Shown here: positions 17,087-34,065 of the stretch, in pieces | How the letters are laid out: each line of letters opens with the position of its first letter | Numbering within the stretch: position 1 is the first letter of the stretch | NCBI RefSeq assembly: GCF_009914755.1 | Contig: NC_060927.1 | DNA: 64,000 nt | Source: the human T2T-CHM13v2.0 reference genome, Homo sapiens | Reading direction: 5' to 3' (one strand) | Notes under the pieces: generated by a model | The model's input: the letters and a program-made list of their open reading frames with translations, nothing else | The model's database searches: none | What the model was told of the DNA's origin: nothing | Position numbers and translations under genes: made by a program

Positions 17087-17800
17087 TCCAAAGAGAACCA
17101 ATAGGATATATATGTGTATATATAGAGAGAGAGAAAGAGAGCTATATGGGAAGAGATTTATTAGGGAAATTGGCTCACTTGATTATGGTGGCTAAGCAGT
17201 TCCATAATAAGCTATCTGCAAACTGGAGAATCAAGGAAGTCAGGAGCATGGCTTGGTCCCAGTCTAAAGCCTCAGAAGCAGGGAAGCCAGTAGTGTGGTT
17301 TAGTCTAAGTCTGAAGGCCTCAGAACCAAGGAAGCCAACAGTGATCTCTCAGTCTGAGCCTGAAGGCCTGAGAGCCTGAGAGCCATGGTGGGCTCTCAGA
17401 GCTCAGAACTCTTAGAACTCTGGGACACAATTCCAAGAGTTCAAAAGCCAGAGAACCCAGGGTTCTGACATCCAAGGGCAGAAGAAGCCATCCTGGCTCT
17501 AGAACAGAAAGCAAGAATTCACCCTTTCTCTTTCTTTTTGGCCTATCTGAACCTCTGCCAACTGGAAGGTGCCCACCTACATTGAAAACAGATCTTCTCC
17601 ACTCAGTCTACCAATTCCCGTGCCAATCTCCTCTGGAAGCACCCTCACAGACACACCTGGAACCCAATCATTCTAACCAAAAGCAAAACCAACTGAATTC
17701 CCTTTCAACAGAAGAGGGACAGGCTCAGTGCCTATTAAAGCATTGAAAATAAATGCTCTATTAGCTATGTGAGTACCCCATAACCTAGTCAATTTGACAC
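17087..17800 (-). mobile_element. MLT2-type (ERVL) solo LTR
   Basis: 'ttagtcagggttctccaaagagaaccaataggatatat...' at one end, 'gtcaatttgacac' at the other, internal (TA)/(GA) tract. Confidence 0.8.
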
Positions 17801-17920
17801 CCCCCCAAAAAGAGAAAAAAATCATAAAAAATGTTCACTTTAGGAAAAGGAACCAAAGAAATGATAGAACAAATGGAAAATGAATGGCAAGATCTAATAA
17901 AGAAATTAAATCAAAAATGT

Positions 17921-20900
17921 CAGCAAGATGGTGGAATTGGAGGCTTCTAATTTTCTCTCAGATGCACCAAATGAACATGTACACATGGATCAGTTCTCTC
18001 TGAGAGAAAGTTAGAAACTAGCTGAATAACTCTTACACACTGGGTAAATGAGAAAATATCCACAGGGATATGGGTAGGAAAAACTGAGACACTCTCAGGT
18101 ATAAATTCTGCCCTGGGCACCGTGCCACAGAATCAGAAGGAATCCCCAACTCTTAATTTCTTTTTCAGAAACAAAGGGTTTAGGCCACAGATATTATGCC
18201 ACAATTTTCCTATATCCTCCCAAAGAATTTTTCTCTTAAATTATCTAGCTCTGAGAGTGGAAGGGACTCAGCATTCATGAGTCTTTCTACAACATAAAAC
18301 AAAAAAAATGATTTTAAACCAGAATGCAAGCACTGCCAGGGACTATAATCCCCAGGACCAGTGCAGAGATAACTGACCAAAACACTCAGCTCCCAGTTTC
18401 TCTCTGGAAGAGGATTGTCTGCACACTTTCCCAGCTGCTGCTGGAAGGTCGGGCTTTTAACTAGCTTACTTCTGAGAGCCTAGGAAGCAAATAAGTCATA
18501 GAACTCTAGGAGCCTGAACAGGAAAGGAATCACTTCCCACAAATTCTTCCCAAGCTTGCTCCAGCAATAAGTCTAGGTCTTCAAATTATCTCCAGAAGGA
18601 ATTTTGGCACACATTAAAGATGGAAATTTTACAGCTCCTATTTGAGGAACTGTCTCCTTAATCACCTAGCTCTGGTAGTTGACTGGACTCTGCATTCTCG
18701 ACTCTCCCACATGACAGAGAAAAGGGTGGTTTTTCAGCCAGCACACATCCATTTGCTATTCCCCCAGGCTTGGAGTGTGTGGTCTAAATGAAAGTGTAGG
18801 TATGTGCCACAGATCTCCTCCTCAGCTTAATGCAGAGTGAGTCAAAGATAAACTCCAGCTCTCAGCTTCTCCCTGAAGATAGAAAGTACTAGCACACACA
18901 TCTAACACCTCAACTTTTCCAGCTGCATCACAAGGAACTGACTTCTATCTTGCCTGTCTTTGGGCATTGATAATACTTGTCACACCCTAGTCTCTTGAGG
19001 GGGCAATAAGAATAAAGACAGTTATTTAGACAAACACAAAAGTTTGAGAGGCACCTAGAATCTCTGGCCAGGGTGATTGGCGATGTCTACCTTCCATACA
19101 GGACCAGTGTGAAAAACCTGGGGGATGAGGTTTTCTTTTCTAATGAGTAGAAGCCAACACAAAGAACTAAGGATAATAAAGAAATGAATGTTTTTCCAAA
19201 TAAAAGAGCACTATAAACCTCCACAACCAATCCTCATGAAATGAAGATATCTGACTTACATGACTGAAAATTAAAAAAAAAAAAATGGCCACAAAGATGA
19301 TCACTGAAGGACAGGAGAGCAATGCAAGACCAAAGTGAAAATTTCAAAACATACAAAATATAAAAAGTGCCAAACAGAAATTATAGAGCTGAAGAATACA
19401 ATAACTGAACAGAAAAATTCAATAGAAAGGTTCAACAGCAGACTAGGTGGAGTGGATTTAAGGATCAGTGAGCTTAAAGACAGTTCATTTGAAATTATCC
19501 AATCTGAGGTGCATAAAAAGAATAGAAAGAAAATAAGTGGATCTTTTTCTTAAGGGATATATATATGACACCATCAAGCTGAGCAATGTATGCAATATTG
19601 TAATATGAGAAGGAGAATAAGGAGAGAAAGAAAAGACAGCTTATTCAAAGAAATAATGGCTGAAAGCTTCCCAAGCCTAAGGAATAAAATAGAAACCCAG
19701 ATCCAAGAAGCCCACATCAAATAAAATGAATCCAAAGGGACCCAAGATTTTAAGACACATTATAATCTAATTGTCAAAAGTTAAAGACAGAGGAATTTGA
19801 AAGTAGCAAGGGAAAAACAACTTATTACCTAAAATAAAACTTCTATAAGACTATAGTGAATTTTTCTGCAGAAATCTTGCAGGCCGGAAAGGGAGATAAA
19901 TAATATATTTAAAGTGCTAATGGAAAAAGACTGGTCAGGTGTAGTGGCTAATGCCTGTATTCTCAGCACTTTGGAGGCTAAGGTGGGAGGATCACTTTAG
20001 CCCAGGAGTTCAAGACCAGCCTGGGCAATATAGTGAGATGCTGTCTCTACAAAAAAAAAATAATAATAAAAATCGTTTGGGCGTGGTGGCACTTGCCTGT
20101 AGTCCAGGCTACTTGGGAGGCTGAGGTAGGAGGATCATTTGAACCTGGGAGTTGAAGTTGTAGTGAACTATGATCTCACCACTGCACTCCAGCCTGGGCA
20201 ACAAGGAGAGAGACCCCACCTAAAAGAAAAAAGAAAAGACTGTTCACTAAAAATGCTATACCCAGCAAATGTATTATTCAGAAATGAAGTGGAGAAAAAT
20301 GTTTTCTCAGACAAAAAAAAAGCTGAAAGAAGTTATCATTACTAGATTTGCCATTCAAGAAACGCTAAAGAGAATTCTTCAAGTAGAAATGAAAAAATGC
20401 TAAATAGCAACACAAGAGCATAAGAAGGTATGAAACTCATTGGCAAAGGTAAATATATAGGCAAAAACGAATTATATTACTATAACAATAATGACTAAAT
20501 CAATTGTAATCCCCCTACAAAAGTGAAAAGACAAAGGTATTTAAAACAACTATAACTAAATTATGTTAATTAAAACATAGACTAGATAGTTGTAAATTGT
20601 GACTTATATAATATAGAATGTGGAGGAATATAAGTAAGAGTGGAGAGTCTTGCATGCAAGGGTAATTAAGTTCTCAGCTTAAAATAGATGGTTATAACTG
20701 TACGATATGTTATGTAGACCCCTTAGGAACAAAAATCCCTATACAAGCTACACAAAAGAAAAATAGACAGAAATCAAAGCCTGCCAATACAAACAGACAA
20801 ATAAATAATGAAACACATACCAACAAAGACAGTTAAGAGAGGAAAAGAGAGATTTAAAAAAAAAAAAAAGATAAACAGAGCACAGCTAACAAAATGGCAA

Positions 20901-21737
20901 CAGTAAATCCTTTCTTATCAATAATTAAATGTAAATGAAGTAAAATCCCCAGTAGAAAGATACAGAGTAGCTAAGTGGCTAAAAATACAAAATTCTATTA
21001 CATGTTGTTTACAAGAAACTCAGTTTAGATTCAATGACACACATAGACTAAAAGTAAAGGGATGGAAAAAAATATCCCATGCAAATGGTAACTAAAAGAA
21101 AGCAGGAGTGGCTATACTTACAGCAGACAAAGTAGATTTTTAAGCCAAAAACTTTCTCTAGAGACAAAATCATTACATAATGATAAAAGGGTAACTCAAC
21201 AGGAAGATATAACAATTGTAGATAAACATATTTTCAACACCAGAGCACCTAAGTATATAAAGCAAATGTTGACAGATCTGAAGGAGAAATTGACTGCAAT
21301 ACTGCAATACTAAAACAATAGATTTCAATAACCTATTTTCAATAATAAATAGATTATTGAAAGAGGAAATCAATAAAACTATGAAACTCTTGGAAGAAAA
21401 CACAGGGGTAATGCTCCTTGACATTGGCTTGGCAATAACTTTTGGATATAACACTGAAAGCTCAGGTAACAAAAGCAAAGATAAAGAAGTAGAACTACAT
21501 TACAGTAAAAAGCTTCAGCACAGAAAAAAAAAAAAGAAATCAACAAAATGGAAATCTAGTCAATGAACTGAGAGAAAATATTTGCAATTCGTATTTCCAA
21601 TGGGGTTAATATCCAAAATATATAAGAAATAGCTACAACTCAATAGCAAAATAGTAATAATAATAATAACCTGATTTTAAAATGGGCAAAGGACCTGATA
21701 GACATTTTTCCAAAGGAGACATAAAAATGGCCAACAG
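17921..21737 (+). mobile_element. L1MA-class element, 5' part (5'UTR, ORF1, ORF2 EN, internally deleted)
   Basis: Starts 'cagcaagatggtgga'; ORF1 remnant (19335 ORF 'IIELKNTITEQKNSIERFNSRL'); ORF2 start about 20894; jumps to late ORF2 at about 21376. Confidence 0.75.
19933..20232 (+). mobile_element. AluJ
   Basis: Dimeric Alu with J-type 'ggaggatcac..tagcccaggagttcaagaccagcctgggcaa'; TSD aaaagactg. Confidence 0.9.
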
Positions 21738-26580
<4,843 letters not shown>

Positions 26581-26980
26581 TATATTACAAGGCTATAGCA
26601 ACCAAAATAGCATGGTGCTGTAAAAAAACTGAAACATAGATCAATGGAACCGAATAGAGAAAGAAAGAAATCAATGTATCAAAGGGATACCTGCACTTAT
26701 ATGTTTATTGCAGCACTATTCACAATAGCAAAGATCAACCTAAGTGTCCATCAATGGATGAATGGATTTAAAAAAGTGTTGTGTGTACATATACATGTAT
26801 ACACACACACACACACAATGGAATACTATTTAACCATGACAAATAATGAAATTGTGTCATTTGCAGCACCATGGATGGAACTGGAAGTCATTATTTTCAG
26901 TGAAACAAGCCAGACAAAAAAATACAAATATACAAATACAAAAATTTAAACCACAAAAACACTAATAACACGTGTTCAAA
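26581..26980 (+). other. Putative L1 3'-transduced segment (made of older L1M fragments)
   Basis: Lies between the L1PA 3' end and the downstream TSD copy aaaaatggccaacag (26981-26995). Confidence 0.65.
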
Positions 26981-27855
26981 AAAAATGGCCAACAGGTATA
27001 TGGAAAAGTGCTTATTACCACTAATCATCAAGGAAATGGAAGTCAAAAACTCAATGAGATTTTACCTCACACCTGTTAGAATGGCTATTATCAAAAAAAT
27101 TAAAGATAAGTGTCAGCAAGCGCATTTATATATATAAATGAATTAATACATAAATTAATAATACAGCCATTATTGAAAAGAGTAGGTGCCTCAGAAAATT
27201 AAAAATAGAACTATCTTCATGATTCAGCAATTCCACTTCTGGGTATATTTAAAGTAATTGAAATCAGGATCTAGAAGAGATATGTGGACTTCGTGTTCAT
27301 TGCAGCATTATTCACTATAGCCAAGATACGGAAACAACAACATAAGTGTCCATCAACAATGAATGGATAAAAAAATTATGGCATATATATCAATGAAATA
27401 TTATTTATCCTTAAAAATCAACAACACGGAAAAACCTGGAGGACATTATGCTAAGTCAAATAAGCCAGGCACAGAATGAAAACTACTGCATGGTATCACT
27501 TACATGCAGAATCTAAAACGAAGTCAAATACATATAAACAGTGAGTAGAACAGTGGCTACCAGAGGCAGGGAGAGACAGAGGGCATAGAGAAAAGTCAGA
27601 GCGTATAAACTTACAATTATACATGATAAATAAATCTGGATATCTAATGTACAGCATAAGGACTATAGTTAATAATATCGTACTGCACACTGAAATTTTG
27701 TTAAGAGAACAAATTTTAGGTGCTATTTCCACACATTAAAAATAATAATGGAAGGTGATGGATAATATAATTTGCTTAACTGTAATAATCATTTCACTGT
27801 GTGTAGGTATATCAAAATATCATGTTATACACACCTTACATATATATAACAAATA
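26981..27855 (+). mobile_element. L1MA-class element, 3' part (L1MA7-9-like 3'UTR)
   Basis: Resumes host ORF2 ('...MANR YMEKC...'); 3'UTR 'atgtacagcataaggactatagttaataat'. Confidence 0.8.
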
Positions 27856-27859
27856 ATTT

Positions 27860-28990
27860 ATATTCAGAATATGTTTAAAAAAACTTTTACCAGAAGGAAG
27901 TGTGAACAGTTAAAATGGGCAAAACATCTGAACACTTTATTAAAGAACATATATACAAATGGCAAGTAGGTTTATATAAATATGCTCAAAATATTTAATC
28001 ACTGAGGAAATAAAAATCAAAACTCCAGCACTACCCAACTACCAGAATTAGTAAAATTTAGAAGACTGAAAATCCTAAGCACTGAAGATGTAGAGCAACT
28101 GAAACTCTCATATATTGCTGATAGAATGCAAAATGGTCCAGGCACTTTGGAATAACTAGATAAATTGTGGTACATATGAACAATAAAATAATATGCAGCA
28201 ATAAGAAAAGAACAAGCTACTAATACACGATAACAGGGGTCAATATCAAATGCTTCATTCTAAGAGAAGGAAGACAAACTCAGATGGCTACAATGAATGA
28301 TTCCATACTGTATAGCATTCTGATCTGAAAAAGGCAAAGCTATAGAGAGAGTTATCAGATCAGTGATTAATAGGGGCTAAGTGTGGAGAGAGGGGAGTGA
28401 CTGCAAAGAAGGAGAAGAGAACTTTGGGGCTAATGGAAATGTTCTTTATGATAACTGCTGTATTAGTTTGCTATAATTAAATACCACACATTGGGTGGCT
28501 TCAACAACTGAAATTTGTTTTCTCACAGTTTGGGTCTCTGGAAGTCTAAGATCAAGAAGCCAGCAGAGATGGTGTACTCTGAGGTTTCACTCTTTGGCTT
28601 GCAGATGGCCACCCTTTTGCTGCTGCCTCTTTATGTGGTCATTTATCTGTGCCGGCCCATTCATGGTGTCTCTTTGTGTGTTCAAAATATGGATCCTTTT
28701 ATAAGAACACGAGTCAGATTGAATTAGGGTCCAGCCATATGACTTCATTGAACCTTAGTTACCTCTTTACAGACCCTACCTATGAACAGTCACATTCTGA
28801 GGTACTGGGGGTTAGGCCTTCAACATAAAAATTCTGGTGGACACAATTCACCGCATAACAACTGTGGTGGTAGTTACACAACTATATATATTTTTCTCAA
28901 GTCATCAACTTGTACTCTTCAAGAGTGATTTTTATTGTATATATATTCAATACCAATAACTAATAACTCAATAAAAGTTGTTTTTTAAAA
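27860..28990 (+). mobile_element. Ancient L1MC/MD-like 3' end, split by an MLT1 LTR
   Basis: 'gatgtagagcaactgaaactctcatatattgctgatagaatgcaaaatgg', 'atggaaatgttctttat', terminal 'caataaaagttg'. Confidence 0.65.
28459..28860 (-). mobile_element. MLT1A/B-like MaLR solo LTR
   Basis: 'tgtattagtttgct...' to '...acacaattcaccgcataaca'. Confidence 0.8.
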
Positions 28991-30743
28991 AATGAAAAAT
29001 GGTCATTCATTCTATTTCTTTTAGTTTGTGTTGATATAAATTTTTTAACTTGCACATTAATGCAAATTTCTAAGGAAGTCATAAAATGTACTATTAATGA
29101 TTTAGGATTTTTCCATAGAAAATGATTTCAAGGAGTTTGATAACTTTGCATAATTAATGGCATTTGCCTAAGGTCATTATTTTTATAAATAGAAAATTTT
29201 AATAATAAGTTGTAACCTGCTGCCATGTGTTTGTATTTATTTTTTTAGAAGTACAGCTATTGAAAATGCAACCAGTGAAAAATCATCAGAATCCTGTACA
29301 ACTACATTACATATTCCAAGTTTGGCCCATTCATACAGAATGAATATTGTTAAGCTTAAAATATGCCAATGATCGTTAGCTGATACCATGCTGTAATTGT
29401 TCCAATGTTTAGTGATTGCATCATCTCAGAAACAACTGTATTGCAAATACAAAAGAAAGCTTCAACCAAAGTTTCTATGAAAGATCTCAAATACCTCTCT
29501 TATTCTTCCATTATTATTTACACAATTTTGGTAAATATCTGCTAGGAACATCTGGAAGGACACAAAAGATGACATGGGTTTCCATGAATGAGCTAGAACA
29601 GCTTGCTTGCCAAATATCAGTATATGTGGGTGAATAAGACTATTATTTTTATTTATGGAGGTCACACTCTGTGGGATTAATGGTGAACATCTCTATCATA
29701 GAATATCACTGTAACAAATAAATAATAATAAAAGAAAAAAACCACTATATGTCTTAGCTTAAATTCATCCTCACAATGTACAGTTTAAGAATGCAAAAAT
29801 AAGTGATGTAATTTTCTCACATGGAAATTATTGCCCAAAACTATGATTGTCATTAAAGTATAAAACAGCAAATGGCAGGCCTAAATATGGATTACAATGG
29901 TAGTGCCAGTACACATTATTTTAGGATCTACAAATAAAGTGATATAGCTGGCAACTTCTTCAAAATGGATAGCACTTCATGAAGATGAAAAAGCCTTTAT
30001 TTTTTTTCAATCTGACAGGTTGTTGGTGGTGTTATCATCTGACAAGTGCTTTCACTAAGTAAATACATATGTCCAGATTGAACACTACTGCTGGCAGGAG
30101 AGATTTCCAGCAGGCTCGCATAGTCTTACACTATACTTCTTGGGAAAATACATTCAGTCCTGATCTGTAAAAGGTACAGGAGAAATCTGTAAGACATCCA
30201 GCTGTTCACCACTTTGTGGTGCATAGCTGGACTCCAGTCTAAACTCAACAAACGAATCTGCGAGGCAGTTCAGTATAGGCACACAACTTTGTAATGATCT
30301 AACAAGAAAATACGTACTCGAAGCACATTGTATTTATAGTAGATTTGGGGTTAGCCTCACTAAATACTTTACAAAAATAGAATCAGCAGGTGCAAAAAAA
30401 TCTTTTCAATTGTTGAAAATGCACAGAAGTAATTCCCATTCTTTTCAGCTACATTTGTAATAAATGCTTTTTCCCCAACAAGCATGGACACAGAAAGAGA
30501 AATGTCATTGCTTCCTGCAGGACTTCATGTCCTAGTCATTCCTAGAAAAGAGAAGTTGTATGTCAAGCAAAACATACCCTGGTGACTGAAAAATTGTAGA
30601 AATGATTTCGAAAACAACTGTACGGCATGTGGTCTGGAAAATTCCCACACATTGCACATTATTTTAGAAAATTCCAAGTCTTGCCTTTTTACAAAATATT
30701 CAAATCCAATAAAAGAAAATGACATGTTTCTAGACATATTCCT

Positions 30744-30913
30744 TAAGGAAAGTGCTTCTCAAATTGTATATGCATAAGAAGCACATGGAAATTTTTTTTA
30801 AACTGTAGATGCTAATTCAGTAGTTCTAGTGTAGGATCTGAGACTCTGCATATCTAACAAACTCAGATGATGTTGATGCTGCTGGTCTGCAGATACAGTT
30901 TGAATAGCAAGGA
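30744..30913. mobile_element. MER5A-like DNA transposon fossil
   Basis: 'gtgcttctcaaattg...ctgcatatctaacaaactc...gatgctgctggtctgcag...gtttgaatagcaagg'. Confidence 0.7.
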
Positions 30914-31266
30914 TTTGGAATATTCTACACTGACAGCTGAATGCTGTCGGACCTATAATATATGGGAGCAGTAGAATTCTATTAGTGTTGGTGAGATTTC
31001 ATTTTTAAGAAAATTAATATTTGAAAATATAACCTATTTATGTGAAAAGTGTGTTCTTGGAGCTGGGAGCTGTGTTAGGGAGCATGAGGACTAAGTTGAA
31101 TTTCAGAGCCCTAGAAGAATAGGCAGTGGAAACTTGGGCTATGAGTGCCAAGTGGCTACAGTTGGTATCCTGTCCTTTTTTTCAGAATGATCAAGTACAC
31201 TTTACTCTTGGTCTCCTTCTGCATTTGTTTACTGATGCTGATGCTTGACATTCTTTTAGTAGTCCA

Positions 31267-31648
31267 TGTATTAGTTTTCTAAGGCTGCCATAGCAAAGTA
31301 CCAGAGATCAGTGGTTAAACAAAGGAAATTTATTTCCACGGCTCTGGAGGCTCAAAGTCCAAGATCAAAGTGTCACCAAAGTTGGATTATTCTGAGACCT
31401 CTTTCATTGGCTTGTAGATGGCCATCTTTTCCCTATTTCTTCATATTGTCTCCCACTCTATGTGTCTATGTCCCAAACTCTTCTTATAACAACACTGGTC
31501 CATGAATTGCGGTATACCTTAATGATCTCATTTTAACTTCATTACCTCTTAAAGACCCTACCTCCAAATACAATTACATACTGAAATACTGAGACTGAGG
31601 ACTTAGCATATGAATCTGGGGGAGGGAGACAGAATTCAGTCTATAACA
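31267..31648 (-). mobile_element. MLT1A/B-like MaLR solo LTR
   Basis: TG...CA ends; perfect 5-bp TSD gtcca at 31262-31266 and 31649-31653. Confidence 0.85.
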
Positions 31649-31688
31649 GTCCATATAATAAAACTGTAAAATTATATAATTGTTATAT

Positions 31689-31762
31689 AATTATATGGAG
31701 ACACACATACTTCTTAAAATACACTGAAATTATATGGAGACACACATACTTCTTAAAATACA
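31689..31762. repeat. Perfect 35-bp direct duplication with a 4-bp spacer
   Basis: aattatatggagacacacatacttcttaaaataca at 31689-31723 and 31728-31762. Confidence 0.92.
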
Positions 31763-31979
31763 TACCTACCAAACTAATTAACGCTAAAACATAATAAGAA
31801 AGTGACTTCAGAGTCTTTGTTGTCCTCCTGGTCTTGTTGCCTAAAATGAGAAACTAGAAGGCATGATCTGTCTGATATATTAAAAGGTAGGAAATCAGAG
31901 GCTTTGGGTGAATCCTCATCCCAAATTTCTGAATCCCAACTCCACATTTAATGGTTTCATAGCAGTTCATAGCAATATA

Positions 31980-33280
31980 AAGACATAATGTGCTTCTTCC
32001 ACTGTGTTAATATTTGCATTTTTGCTGCAAAAGCAAAGTGGGTGAAACTGCTGATACCTAAGCACACACACAAAAAAAGCAGAAGCACCAAATGGAATTA
32101 GGAGTCATTACATTTCTCCCTGCTATACACTTGCAGTAAGTATGTCAGTTTCACTTAATAATTCAGTTTCCTTAATAATTCAGTAAAGATTGATTTTCTT
32201 TTATCCCAACTCTTGAGTACATGACTGTTAATCTAAATTACTTTTGCTATAACACATACGAGGGTTGTCTCCAGGAAGAGCTCTTGTGCAATTATCTGAG
32301 TTGCAAGCTGAACTAGCTGCTTTTTTCATGGAGGACTAAGTTTACTTGAAGGAACCATGAACATACAAACTGTGGTAATTCAGACTTGGGCAGTTGGTAG
32401 ACATTGTCTCAAAAATGAACACAGTCCGCCTGACACTTCAAGGAAACAACGGACAGTACTTACTGGCAAGTATAAAATTTGAGATTTTAAGCAAAGCCAG
32501 AATAATGGAAAACTTATATCTGTAACTATAATCTTGACAGCTCCTCAGTACAAATTTTTCTAATGAGGTTAGATAACATTTTAAACTATTTAAAAATGTA
32601 TACTAAAATGTTTCAGCATTTGGAATATCTGCATAATTCAGTGGACCAACATCTTCCAATTGAGGAATGGATGATGTTACAAAATAAGGCATAGCAGAAT
32701 ATGCAAAGACAGCCAAATGATTCTGATGTGACAGGGTAAAAATGTTCATTAATATTATTTCAGTTTTCTCATTGCAACTAACTGTTACTTGTAGAGCTTT
32801 GATGTAGTGTGAAAAAGAATATCCAAAATTGCTGTAAGAAGCTATTAAAATACACCTTCTTTATTCAACTATGTACTTGTCTTTGTAACATTGGAATTAT
32901 TTTGCTTACTTCAATCAAAACAACACATCACAACAGACTGAATGCAGAAGCAGATATTTGAATTCAGTTGTCTTCTATTAATAAGGAAATTTTAAAAAAT
33001 AGAAAATAATTCTACTCTGCTCATTGTGTTTTTGCTTTCCAAAATAGTTATTTCATAAAAATAATTATTTTTACATTAATACATAATGTTCACAATATTA
33101 AGACATGGTGGGCTAAAATTATTGCTACTTTTAAATAAGCTAAAAAATTTTTCATTTTTCAAAATTAATTTTAATACAATGAATATCAATGACTAGATCC
33201 CACATCAACAAAACTAACTGTCATCTTCAATAATTTTTAAGTAAAAGGGTCATGAAACCAAAAAGTCTGAGAACCAATGC
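31980..33280 (+). mobile_element. Charlie1-like hAT DNA transposon remnant (transposase 3' part and right end)
   Basis: 'gagttgcaagctgaactagctgcttttttcatgg', 'ttcagacttgggcagttggtagacatt', 'caacagactgaatgcagaagcagatat', terminal 'aaaagtctgagaaccaatg'. Confidence 0.8.
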
Positions 33281-33799
33281 TGCAGGAAATGGACACTCTG
33301 TTACTGTGACTGGAGATTCTGCATGAATCCCTGTGTGCCCATCTATTCTTAGGATGCAAGGTAGACCAAGCATAAACTTCAAACAGCCCCTTTCATCTTT
33401 ATCCTCAAAAAGCAAAATAGAGCTTGGCCCTTTCTTTTATCCAAAATTAACCCAGACATATTTGTCTTTGCAGAGGTAGCAAGCGGCTGAAAGAGGAAAG
33501 CCAATCAGTCTGTCTTATTCTTACAATTAGAGAATGAAAACTTCTATTACTTTTTACACTTCTTCCTGAAATTATAATGCAGAACTATTCCTGAGGAAGT
33601 CTTTATTCTTCCTACCTGGGGCTTTTCAGACTCTGAGGGCAGGTGTTTCTTCAGCAGGAAGCTAAAGATGCAGCCGTATGATATGAATTTAAAAGATTGT
33701 AAAGAAAGAGAGTTGTCCTCATCTAGGTTTACCTTCACTGATGTCATCATCGTCGTCATCATACTTAGCATCATCATCATCACCTATAATATTCACATA

Positions 33800-34065
33800 T
33801 AAATATCCATAGTTACTAATTCTTGAACATAACATGCTAGGTATCGTCCTAAGTATTTTTTAAGAATTACCTCAGGAAATCTTCACCACAAATCCCAGGA
33901 AGCAGGCATTTTGTTATTTCCACTTTACAGATGGGAAGCTAAAACTGACAGATTAAGTAAATTAGCACAAGGCACCAACTAATAAGGAGAGTGATCTGGG
34001 GTTTAATTAAACCCAGAAAGTCATTCTCCAGAGTCTTAACACTCAACAGAAAAGCTCCACTGCTT
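33800..34065 (-). mobile_element. MIR SINE
   Basis: Core 'ccactttacagatgggaagct...gattaagtaaattagcacaagg'; preceded by a (CAT)n tract at 33744-33783. Confidence 0.65.

Noticed and set aside
33547-33783. Met-rich 78-aa ORF
   Set aside because: Artefact of a (CAT)n microsatellite next to a MIR.
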